Position numbers and translations under genes: made by a program. A stretch of DNA of 64,000 bases from Zancudomyces culisetae HAW-14-8. Lineage: Eukaryota > Fungi > Kickxellomycota. The notes beneath the pieces were generated by a model. That model was not told the origin of the DNA, searched no databases, and saw only the letters and a program-made list of their open reading frames with translations. Below are positions 1 through 9,630 of this stretch, piece by piece. Numbering within the stretch: the stretch's first letter is position 1; each line of letters starts with the position of its first letter. The stretch spans positions 744,001-808,000 of the forward strand of contig JBNJNM010000009.1 of assembly GCA_052426225.1 (NCBI GenBank), read 5' to 3'.

Positions 1-1
1 A

Positions 2-781
2 CTAGTTTTGGATGTCCCCTTTTAAATCCGTAACTTTAACCTTGCACTGAGCTATATAGTGACTCTTTTTTCCACACTGAAAACATGTTCTGCTGTTATT
101 AATAGTTGTTTTGTCATGTTTTACTTCAATACTATCTATTTCCATAGCTTCTGGTTCGTTTTTAATTTGCCCAAAACGATTATATATATGACTAATAATG
201 TATTTCAGGGGTTGTTAGAGTTGTGAATATTATAATTAGAGTTGTTTGTATAGTTGTAATGCAATAATCCTATTATCGATTAACTACAGTTTGTATAAAG
301 TTCATCCAAGTTTTGTGGGATCGGAGCCATGATAAAATAATCATGTATTTGTCTTTTTAATTCTTTTTGTTATTGAACCATTAATGAGATATCATCAAAT
401 CCTGCTCCACGTGCAAGATTATAAAAATCAGTTGTGTATTAAATAAAAGATCTGGTACCTTGATAACACTTTCGGATTTTGTTTGCACTTTTAATCTGGT
501 AAATAGGGTCGGAAAAATTAGCACTGAAATATCCAAAAAATCTTGCAAAATCTGCAAATATTCGCTATTACCACGAATTAAATCTTGGAACCACATAGCT
601 GCTGGTCCTTCCAGATGTGCCCCGATGAAGACACATTTAGATTTATCGGTTGTGAATGCATTTCCGTTGGCCCAAAACTGAAATTCAAGGAAGAAACAAA
701 ATATTTGTATGACTCCGGATTCCCATCAAATTTTTTGATGTCAGGCCACTTGATTTGATAAAATTTTTGATTATTCTCCAC
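2..781 (-). pseudogene. Decayed Ty3/Gypsy gag (continues off the left edge)
   Basis: Frameshifted pieces read KFDGNPESY.YF, FIGAHLEGPAAMWF, YQGTRSFIQYTTDFYNLA (Retrotrans_gag-like), EAMEID and the knuckle CFQCGKKSHYIAQC before TAG at 2-4. Several stops and frameshifts. Confidence 0.85.
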
Positions 782-1120
782 ACTTATTTTAATTTATGTA
801 TTAGATAAGTTTAGACTAATGAAAAAAATTATAATAATTTATTACTTGTATTAAATTCAAGAAGTTTAACAATATCAAGATACCAATAATATACACCATG
901 TTTATAATATAACGTTTATAAAACTAAAACAAATAATTTATACTAATTAATTATATAAACTTAAATTAAATAATATTAATGATTCACATGTAATATCATT
1001 AATATTATTTGTTAGGAATTGTTTTAAAATAAATTAAATAAATTCATGTTTAATATAATTCTCCATGACCAAATCAAGTAGGTTACAAAATGAAATTGTA
1101 ACCATATACAAATTACTATA

Positions 1121-1195
1121 ATGTAACTAAGTACAAATTAATTAAATGTAACTAAGTACAAATTAATTAAATGTAACTAAGTACAAATTATTAAA
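1121..1195. repeat. 25-bp tandem repeat x3 (ATGTAACTAAGTACAAATTAATTAA) in the leader of the old Gypsy element
   Basis: Read directly; the third copy has a 1-nt deletion. Confidence 0.9.
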
Positions 1196-1240
1196 TTAAT
1201 CTAACCAAGTCAAGTAAAAAATGAATTTCGCGATGAAATT

Positions 1241-1661
1241 TGTTATAATAATATTCACAGACCATTTTAGGAAATAAGAAACCTAGAAAGAATTCCGAAA
1301 CTAATAATTCAAAGAATCGTCAGAATAACATGAATGACGCAATCATTGACACACTAAACTCACGGTAGTTAATCACATCAGTTACTCATAAGTTTAATAG
1401 TCAAATTTATAGTTTGATAGCAACTTTACTTAAGAAAATTTTATATGGAAAAATCTCTGGAGTAAAAGTATAAAAACCCTTTCGAAATCCATCGAAAGAG
1501 AACTTCAGAGAAAAATATCTTATTCACTATTGAATACCATATTTTTCTAAATAATTAATAGTAATAAATAATTTAATCTTAAAATATTCAAGTCTTAACA
1601 TTATTTAATTAATATTGTATTAAATATACAATATTGTTATGTTACATGTGTATTCATAACA
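1241..1661 (-). repeat. Probable 5' LTR of the decayed Gypsy element
   Basis: Ends are TGTTAT...ATAACA. It lies upstream of the gag. Its first ~50 nt on the minus strand match the start of the solo LTR at 9869. Confidence 0.65.
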
Positions 1662-1881
1662 CTAGCTTTGTAGCTCTAGTAGTTCCTAATGCTCGAGCTT
1701 TTGGTATCTTTGCGCTTTCTGGCTACTGCAAGAGTGACATCAATGAATTAATGTGTTTATGATTCGTTGTGCCCCAATGTGTTTGTCATGATACTTTAAG
1801 ATGCGGATGAGGTAGTGCAATTGTACTCCATCGAGGATCGGATGGTTTGCAACACTCGGAAGAGTTGCAATGCGCTTTTTA

Positions 1882-3372
1882 CAGTGAGTTTCAAAAATGT
1901 CTCAAAATATTGAAAATATTTTCAAAGTGTAATATCTCGCAAAATAATATCCAGACATTATATGTTTATACTATTATAGAATGCACAAATGATAAATGTA
2001 AATTTATATACTGTAATTTTATTGATTAATAATTCATTATGAAATTATAAATTGAAAAATATTTTAAAATGAGACATTTCTGGGAAATTTCAAAACAAAA
2101 ATTTAAAATTCTGTTTACCTTCCTTTAGACTTGATAACTCCCTCAATTCTTTTGGGCATACTATCTATAAGACCAAGTATTGTTTCCACTGAAATTAAAT
2201 TCCATTCCGTTTCTATTCGCTCCCATAATTCGATCATCCCGGACGGAGGTTCACTGTATCTATTTAGGCGTCTTTTGATGATTGCCCATATAGTTTCAAT
2301 TGGGTTTAAGTCTGGAGATTGTGGCGGCCAGTCCAATGTATTATATTCCTGGTTTTCAAGCCAGCTGGTAACTAACTTTGCGGTATGTTTAGGATCATTG
2401 TCATGTTGAAATATTATTGACTTGGGATCCAACTTGTAGTACTTTATTGTATTGCTAAGCTCGTCTTTTAAAATGTTTGAATAACCTTTCTTGTTTAACA
2501 TTCCTTCTATTCGGCACATGTGGCCAGTTCCAAATGCTGTGATGCATCCCCAAATCATTAATGATCCATCACCGTGTTTTACAGTCTGGTTAATATTGTG
2601 CGGCTGTAGACTCACACCATCACGAACCCAAGTCTATTCATTTCCATCAGATCCAAATCGGTTATTTTAGTTTTGTCTGACCTAATTACTCGCCTCCAAT
2701 CATCAGTAGTCCAGTGGCGATGAGATTTTGCGAATCTCAACCTTTTTGCAATATTTTTAAGGCTCAGTTTCGGTTTGGATGTTTTTTTTTTGCAACAGCT
2801 TTTAGATCAATAAAACCCTATTATTGTAACTTACTAGCACTAACAATATTATCCATTTCTAACTTCTTTTGTACCGAAGTAGCAGATCGATACTCTCCAG
2901 ATAATATCACCCTAGTACAGATATGCTTGCTTTGGGGTGAAATCTTCGCTGGACGACCGCGTTTATTAGCCGGTAAATTGATATTTATTGCCGCTTTAAT
3001 TCTGTATATTGTTGCTTTACTAACTCCATTTTTTATAATGATTAGGTCAATGCTTCTGCCTCAAGTAACGCATTTATTATATCCAGTTTACGTTATTCAG
3101 ATATCATTTTTTAAATTATTATACTTTAGATTAGTATAATAATTTTTTATATTATGATATAGAAAAGTTTTATAAAATAAAATTTAAATTCATAAAGTTA
3201 TGATAATTTAAATTTTTGTTTTGAAAAATTCCCAGAAATTAATCATTTTTAAAATTAGTATATATCGATTATCATTTTAAAATATTTAATATTATTTCAA
3301 AAGAAATTTTTAAGAGTGATAATACAAGTTTAAATCTATAAGCAATAATTGAAACATAATTGAAACTATCTG
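1882..3372 (-). mobile_element. Tc1/mariner DNA transposon (DD34E), defective
   Basis: Ends are TA|CAGTGAGTTTCAA ... TTGAAACTATCTG|TA. There is an inner inverted repeat at ~2076-2110 vs ~3205-3240, and a transposase remnant inside. Confidence 0.85.
2115..3107 (-). pseudogene. Tc1 transposase, frameshifted in the N-terminal half
   Basis: GRPAKIS, HWTTDDWRRVI.SD, VKHGDGSLMIWGC and FQHDNDPKH...WPPQSPDLNPIE, with 34 residues between D and E. Confidence 0.9.
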
Positions 3373-3376
3373 TATC

Positions 3377-3799
3377 TTACTTGTACCGCCTTGTCTGGTC
3401 CAAGTTTTGCTTTTCTCTAGCATTAAACTCCTTCTTCGCCTGCGTCTTTGCTTTCCTCTCGTGTCTGGCAATTATTTGCTCCTCCACTTTCCTTTCAAGC
3501 TCGGGACAGTCGTTCTTCCAGTGACCTTGCCCTTTACAGTAGGTACACATTGGGTCGCAGCCCTTCCGAATATTGCTACTTTGATTCTGTCGGGTGAGGT
3601 TGGGTGCAGCCTCATCCTTTGTCGGGTTTTTCAATTGTAAAAAAACATGATCCATAATATCAGCAAATGGGTCACGTGATTCTTTGGGATCCACTTCCAT
3701 AGAAGTGGCTCCCGAACGGTCACTATCAGATGAGTATCTGCCCTCATCTTTTTCTGACTGGATCCATCTGGGTCTAAATTTACTCATGAAACCTGACAT
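3377..3799 (-). CDS. Chimeric ORF: 70 LTR-encoded codons fused in frame to a CCHC zinc knuckle from the insertion site
   Basis: Identical to the 8678..9097 ORF up to the LTR end at 3588, then CTYCKGQGHWKNDC. Expression is unknown. Confidence 0.4.
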   Translation of the reverse strand: MSGFMSKFRPRWIQSEKDEGRYSSDSDRSGATSMEVDPKESRDPFADIMDHVFLQLKNPTKDEAAPNLTRQNQSSNIRKGCDPMCTYCKGQGHWKNDCPELERKVEEQIIARHERKAKTQAKKEFNAREKQNLDQTRRYK

Positions 3800-4336
3800 T
3801 CTTTATGTGAGATTTTAATAGCTTCTAATATGTCAAAACTTAATATTCATTAACTAGCCGTAGCACTATTCCTAATAAACTTCTTAATTATCCTAAACCT
3901 GGATTTTAATTCTGAATTGATATTTATTTATCTTACTTTCCTTTTTCTTATTAAAACTATCAAAAGAGCTGAGGAATCCTCATCGAGTCTTCCTTCGCTT
4001 ATATATATACTATTTTATTTAACCTAATAAAAGCTAATTCAAATAACCTATGTTTCTACTGTATATACTGAGTTGTATCGTGTGTTATCGTTGTTACTTC
4101 GTTTTCGTTTTCATATTGTTCCTATATTTGAATGTTGATTTCCTATAATCTTTTTAATTGTATTTTTCGTTTTATAATTTTTTTTTTTGTGTTATTATAT
4201 ATATTTTCAAAAAAAATAATTATCATAGTATTTTCAGTGATCAACTTTTAATAGAATGTTAGTTGATTGTTTATGTAGTAAATTAAATAATTGTTAGAAA
4301 ATGTGAATTCCGATCGACATCGGAATACACACGACA
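3588..4336 (-). repeat. 3' LTR (749 bp)
   Basis: Direct repeat of 8886-9630; I count about 2 substitutions and 2 small indels. Confidence 0.97.
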
Positions 4337-4347
4337 TCCCCCTCCTT
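4337..4347 (-). other. Polypurine tract AAGGAGGGGGA
   Basis: Directly abuts the 3' LTR on the minus strand. Confidence 0.9.
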
Positions 4348-4366
4348 AAGCTTGAATCGTCCCGAT

Positions 4367-7300
4367 TCATTGACTTGCTATACTTCGTATAGTCGATCTT
4401 GATCGTGCCTTTCGCATTTTTGTAATCTCCTTTCTTGGTTGCATGTATTTAACGAGCCTATCCACATGTACTGTGTCCAAATTGCCATCGCTGTCTGATA
4501 TTTCAAAAATTCCGTGTTTTAAAATTTTTGTAATTCTGTATGGGCCAGTATTGCGCTCGTCAAAAATGCCTTGAATATCCTTATTGCTTCTAAGTACTTT
4601 TTCGCCTAATACAAATTCTCTTTGTCTTATGTTTTTGTTGTACCTATTTTCGTCCTGTAATTTAATTTTATTTCCGATCTCGAACGCTCGCTTTCTATAT
4701 CCTTGTAGTTTGTTAATAAATACTCCGTACTGGGTTATATTATTTACTAGATTATTAATATTCATCCTATGTTCCCATATCGCTGGTGTGAGTAACCTTT
4801 GTCCGTATAATATTTCCGCTGGGCTTCTACCTAGTGATCTGTGGTAACTCGTGCGCATTGATAACAACGCACGCCAAATGTATATGTCCCAGGTTTTTGG
4901 TTTGCTTAGAACATATTTCCGAAGTAGTTGTTTAAGTGTTTGGATAGTTCTCTCTGTTTGTCCATTCGCTTGAGGTCTATAGGCTACTATATGATTATGA
5001 TTAATTCCCAAGAATTGGTTAAATAAACTACACTTTTCATTTGTAAAGTGGGTACCTCTGTCTGTAATAAGTTTTTCGGGTACGCCATATTTAGATACTA
5101 TTTCTTCGGCAATAACTGCACATGTGGTATTTCCATCTGCTTTGGCTGTAGGAATGGCTATAGGCCATTTCGTAAAGTAATCTACGGCAACGTAGATGTA
5201 CTTATTTCCAGCCTCAGTTACTTCCAAAGGGCCTGCCACGTCGATGCCCCAAATTTGAAATGGACGTGTAGCTTTAATAGAGTGTAAAGGCTCACTCTTT
5301 CTTTCTATATAGTTGCTCCTTTGGCAACGCTCACAGTTCCTAATAATTTTTTTAATTAATTTTCCAGTGTTCGGTGCGTAGTAGTTATCTTTCAGATAAC
5401 TACGTGTACCTTCTAGGCCTCGGTGCTGCTCTTGGTGGATTCTTTTAATTAACGTTTCTATTCCACTTGGTTTGGGAAACTCCTTCCATTTATCTCCATC
5501 TTTTTTAAATATTATATCGTTATTTAGTGAATATTTATCTTTAACTTTATTTTCTTGCCTCGTTATTTTGCCTTTTAATTTTTCATACCTCTCATCACTA
5601 ATGTATAATACTTCTTCTTCCTGTATTGCTATCTTTTCATCCCAGGGAAAACGGCTCAAATGATCAGCTGGATTTTTCAAACCGTCTCGATGTATGACTT
5701 CGAAGTCATAATGCCGTAGCTTGGTTACCCAGCGTCCTAGCCTTCCTTTTCCAGGTGTATTTTTAAACAAGTTTACCAACGCTTGATGGTCAGTAATAAC
5801 TGTAAACTTCTTACCATATAGAAAATAGTGGAATTGGTTGATTGCCCATACAATCGCCAATCCCTCCAAATGCGTTATAGCATAATTTTGTTCCGCTGGT
5901 GCTAGAGTGCGTGATGCATATGCAATAACCTGATCCTTTCCCTCTTTACCTTGTGCTAGTATGGCACCTAATCCTACTGTACTCGCATCTGTTATCAAGG
6001 TAAACGGCTGATCCCATTGTGGATACCTTAATATTGGTTCGTTTATTAGTTTTTCTTTTAATACTTGAAACGCTTCTGAACATTTTATATCCCAATTGAA
6101 CTTAACGTCCTTCTTTAATAGTCCGGATATAGGAGCTGCTATTGTGCAAAAACCTTGGATAAACTTTCGATAATAGCCGACTGTTCCCAAGAAACTTCTG
6201 ATTCCATGTTTATCTGTTGGTGGTTGTAACTTCTGTACTGCGTTGATCTTGTCTGGGTCCGGTTTCAATCCATCAGCAGATATTACATGGCCTAGATATT
6301 TCAACTCCTTGTACCCTAACTTTGACTTTTTGCTGTTTAGTTTGATTTTTGCTTCATGTAAACACTTTAATACTTCCTGTATATGGTCAATATGCTCTTC
6401 CCAAGTGTGACTATAGATGATGATATCATCAATATACACCATCACAAACTTCCATAATAACTGCTCCAAAACCTTTTCCATCATACGCTGAAACAATGCT
6501 GGCGCATTGGTGAGACCGAATGGAAGTACTGTAAATTGGTAGAGTCCTAAGCCTGGCCCTGGAGAAAATGCAGTGATTTCCTGGCTCGCCTCATCAAGTG
6601 GAACCTGCCAGTATCCACTTAGCGCGTCCAAAGATGTAAAGTAAACTGCTCCTTTTAATCGACTCAAGATTTCGTCCATATGGGGCAATGGATAAGAATC
6701 TGTTTTAGTTATTTGGTTTATTTTTCGAAAATCAACGCATATACGTTTTCCTCCATCTTTCTTATTCACCACCACCATTGGTGAGGAATACGGTGACTTT
6801 GATTTAATGATGACTTTCTGCTCTTCCATCTCCTTTAGCTGCGTCAATACCTCTTTCTGTAACTGATGTGCCAGTTTGTATGGCTTTTGGCGAATTGGGT
6901 GTGGTTCTAGCAATTCAATCTTTTCTGGCTCTACGTCCGCGGCATATAGTTCTTCTAACTTTTCGGCGAACATGTCTTGATTTTCATTTACTATCAGCTC
7001 CAATTTATTTCTCTGACTGCTGTTTAATTTTTCATTTATCATGGTATCTTTTTCCGTTTCAGTTAGCATTACATTTGATTCAGCTTTCTTGCTATAGACC
7101 ATTTGAATGGGTACGTAGTGTTCTTGATTATTTATTTTTACACTCATACTTGGAGGTGACATTTTAATATTTGTAGATAGCTGTGTCATTAGGTTCAATC
7201 CTAAAAGCAATAAATCCTTCCTTCCTTGATTGATAATCCTAAAATCTGTTGTGCACTTAAATGTATTAAATTCTAATACAACTGCTTTTGCTTCTTCTGT

Positions 7301-8677
7301 AATGTATTTCTCTCCTGATACACTAACAATATTTCTATTTCCTTGTTCTAAGGGTCCAATTTTTAATTCTTCCGCTAACTGTTTACTCATTACGTTAACA
7401 GCTGCACCACTATCGCACTGAAATTTTACTTCATGTCCGTTTATTTTAACTGGCCCTACCATCGCTATAGCATGGTCCTCTTGATTATTTTTTTCTTGGT
7501 TTAAATTTTTTGATTTTTTTGAATTTTCAATTTTTTTGGTTTCGATATCTTTATCTAATATAGTAACTAAATTAACTCCAGTATATGGAGGTTGCTTATG
7601 AGTTTTTCTTGGAGCGGGTGAAGCGGTAGTCATTCTGACTTCAGGTATTTGTCTCGGTAATCTGCAACTAGTTGCATAATGCCCTCTCTGTTTACAGTTC
7701 CAGCAAACTATATCTCTGTTAATTTTAGCATTAAAATTTTTCTGGTGACCTTGGAATCTTCTTGGCTTGCTTTGGTATGAACTTTCTTCATTATCCTTCA
7801 ACTCTGGGATTCCTAATTCCTTTTTGTAGTTTTTCACAAAGTTGCTAGGTTCTCTAGCAACACGATTTGGTCTTAAGGTATTCAATTGCTTCTCTGCGGG
7901 TCTTCGCATTGCATTTATCTTCAACTGTTCGTTTTCTCTTGTACTCAGCATATCAATGATATCTGATAGTTCAAAATCTTTTTTCATAGATATAAACTGG
8001 CGGTCCATTGAATTCAACATATAGTATGCCTTATTTTTCATTTCTCTCTTGCTCCTGATATCTAATATTTCAAATAGAGTCATCAGTTCTCCAACACTTT
8101 CCACTGTATCCTTTGCGTACAAGTTGTAATTATTCAATCTCATTTCAGCTTTGTATACCCGTTCACTGTTATTGAAATATAATAAAAAGTGTTTGCAAAA
8201 TTTTGCATAATCAGTATGTATTCTTCTTAAATAGTTAAATTTCTTTTTAGCTCCGGGTCCTATAAAAATCTCCATAACATTTAATAAATCCTCTGTGGTT
8301 ACCCCTGTAGCGTATGCTTCAATGTGTCGATTAAACTGATTCAAAAATCTTTGTGGTGTGTCATCTGAATCGTTATTAAATTCCACTGGTTTTGGAAACA
8401 TAATTTTTGATCGCTCCTCTATTCTCTCCTCTGTTAGTCCTGAGTTTATATGATCAATTCTTCTTTGTAACTCTTCTTTATCAGATGATACTCCTAATAA
8501 GGTTGCTCCCAAGAAAGGGTTATCATTTGATACTGGCGGTAATTTTTGGCTGGTGCTAGCTTCGCTGTGGATGTTATGATCATCTACATCCTCTTCAACT
8601 TGAAGAACTTCAAAACTTTCCTTCGGGGTTTGAAAAGTTTCTCTAGCCACAAAATTTGGTATTACTCCTCCAAACAT
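4367..8677 (-). CDS. Gag-Pol polyprotein (single frame, no chromodomain)
   Basis: Knuckle CWNCKQRGHYATSC, protease DSGA, RT LPFGL/YIDD, RNase H TDAS...TDH, integrase HHCC plus GID/TDRG/ERT and a GPY module. Domain order is Ty3/Gypsy. Confidence 0.97.
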   Translation of the reverse strand: MFGGVIPNFVARETFQTPKESFEVLQVEEDVDDHNIHSEASTSQKLPPVSNDNPFLGATLLGVSSDKEELQRRIDHINSGLTEERIEERSKIMFPKPVEFNNDSDDTPQRFLNQFNRHIEAYATGVTTEDLLNVMEIFIGPGAKKKFNYLRRIHTDYAKFCKHFLLYFNNSERVYKAEMRLNNYNLYAKDTVESVGELMTLFEILDIRSKREMKNKAYYMLNSMDRQFISMKKDFELSDIIDMLSTRENEQLKINAMRRPAEKQLNTLRPNRVAREPSNFVKNYKKELGIPELKDNEESSYQSKPRRFQGHQKNFNAKINRDIVCWNCKQRGHYATSCRLPRQIPEVRMTTASPAPRKTHKQPPYTGVNLVTILDKDIETKKIENSKKSKNLNQEKNNQEDHAIAMVGPVKINGHEVKFQCDSGAAVNVMSKQLAEELKIGPLEQGNRNIVSVSGEKYITEEAKAVVLEFNTFKCTTDFRIINQGRKDLLLLGLNLMTQLSTNIKMSPPSMSVKINNQEHYVPIQMVYSKKAESNVMLTETEKDTMINEKLNSSQRNKLELIVNENQDMFAEKLEELYAADVEPEKIELLEPHPIRQKPYKLAHQLQKEVLTQLKEMEEQKVIIKSKSPYSSPMVVVNKKDGGKRICVDFRKINQITKTDSYPLPHMDEILSRLKGAVYFTSLDALSGYWQVPLDEASQEITAFSPGPGLGLYQFTVLPFGLTNAPALFQRMMEKVLEQLLWKFVMVYIDDIIIYSHTWEEHIDHIQEVLKCLHEAKIKLNSKKSKLGYKELKYLGHVISADGLKPDPDKINAVQKLQPPTDKHGIRSFLGTVGYYRKFIQGFCTIAAPISGLLKKDVKFNWDIKCSEAFQVLKEKLINEPILRYPQWDQPFTLITDASTVGLGAILAQGKEGKDQVIAYASRTLAPAEQNYAITHLEGLAIVWAINQFHYFLYGKKFTVITDHQALVNLFKNTPGKGRLGRWVTKLRHYDFEVIHRDGLKNPADHLSRFPWDEKIAIQEEEVLYISDERYEKLKGKITRQENKVKDKYSLNNDIIFKKDGDKWKEFPKPSGIETLIKRIHQEQHRGLEGTRSYLKDNYYAPNTGKLIKKIIRNCERCQRSNYIERKSEPLHSIKATRPFQIWGIDVAGPLEVTEAGNKYIYVAVDYFTKWPIAIPTAKADGNTTCAVIAEEIVSKYGVPEKLITDRGTHFTNEKCSLFNQFLGINHNHIVAYRPQANGQTERTIQTLKQLLRKYVLSKPKTWDIYIWRALLSMRTSYHRSLGRSPAEILYGQRLLTPAIWEHRMNINNLVNNITQYGVFINKLQGYRKRAFEIGNKIKLQDENRYNKNIRQREFVLGEKVLRSNKDIQGIFDERNTGPYRITKILKHGIFEISDSDGNLDTVHVDRLVKYMQPRKEITKMRKARSRSTIRSIASQ

Positions 8678-9097
8678 TTAATTCCACGACTTGATACTGC
8701 AGCTGCTACTTGTAGGGCTGATCTTCTGCACTTGCTCTTGGCAGCCTTTCTCCTCATATGTTTCGGTCTTCTGATATTGCATGAACTTTGATACTGGGTT
8801 TAAAGTTCTCAGAGTGGGCGCACTCTGTTCTCTCGGTTCCATCTTTGGATGATCAACAAAATTGACCATCCTGTCGCTGACGCCATGTCGGGTGAGGTTG
8901 GGTGCAGCCTCATCCTTTGTCGGGTTTTTCAATTGTAAAAAAACATGATCCATAATATCAGCAAATGGGTCACGTGATTCTTTGGGATCCACTTCCATAG
9001 AAGTGGCTCCCGAACGGTCACTATCAGATGAGTATCTGCCCTCATCTTTTTCTGACTGGATCCATCTGGGTCTAAATTTACTCATGAAACCTGACAT
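8678..9097 (-). CDS. LTR-initiated 139-aa leader ORF, in frame with gag-pol
   Basis: The ATG is 212 nt inside the 5' LTR. The ORF runs through the PBS and ends at TAA immediately before the gag-pol ATG. Confidence 0.6.
   Translation of the reverse strand: MSGFMSKFRPRWIQSEKDEGRYSSDSDRSGATSMEVDPKESRDPFADIMDHVFLQLKNPTKDEAAPNLTRHGVSDRMVNFVDHPKMEPREQSAPTLRTLNPVSKFMQYQKTETYEEKGCQEQVQKISPTSSSCSIKSWN
8868..8885 (-). other. Primer binding site, tRNA-Ser-like
   Basis: TGGCGTCAGCGACAGGAT directly follows the 5' LTR. Its complement ends ...ATCCTGTCGCTGACG-CCA with a G discriminator, as in Ser tRNAs. Confidence 0.75.
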
Positions 9098-9630
9098 TCT
9101 TTATGTGAGATTTTAATAGCTTCTAATATGTCAAAACTTAATATTCATTAACTAGCCGTAGCACTATTCCTAATAAACTTCTTAATTATCCTAAACCTGG
9201 ATTTTAATTCTGAATTGATATTTATTTATCTTACTTTCCTTTTTCTTATTAAAACTATCAAAAGAGCTGAGGAATCCTCATCGAGTCTTCCTTCGCTTAT
9301 ATATATACTATTTTATTTAACCTAATAAAAGCTAATTCAAATAACCTATGTTTCTATTGTATATACTGAGTTGTATCGTGTGTTATCGTTGTTACTTCGT
9401 TTTCGTTTTCATATTGTTTCTAATTTGAATGTTGATTTCCTATAATCTTTTTAATTGTATTTTTCGTTTTATAATTTTTTTTGTGTTATTATATATATTT
9501 TCAAAAAAAATAATTATCATAGTATTTTCAGTGATCAACTTTTAATAGAATGTTAGTTGATTGTTTATGTAGTAAATTAAATAATTGTTAGAAAATGTGA
9601 ATTCCGATCGACATCGGAATACACACGACA
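8886..9630 (-). repeat. 5' LTR (745 bp)
   Basis: Direct repeat of 3588-4336; contains a TATATATAA box upstream of the internal ATG. Confidence 0.97.

Larger units (their letters stand above)
3588..9630 (-). mobile_element. Full-length young Ty3/Gypsy LTR retrotransposon
   Basis: Paired LTRs TGTCG...CGACA, 5-bp TSD GATTC (3583-3587 and 9631-9635), PBS, PPT and uninterrupted gag-PR-RT-RH-IN. Confidence 0.97.

Noticed and set aside
1221-1240. Tf1-like self-priming PBS for the old Gypsy (partial complementarity to ~1485-1497 in its LTR)
   Set aside because: The pairing needs mismatches and gaps, and the element is too decayed to call.
8678-8680. Stop-codon reassignment (TAA as sense) to explain the in-frame TAA
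   Set aside because: VMA1, DPH3, the septin and YjbQ all end at TAA at their expected C-termini.
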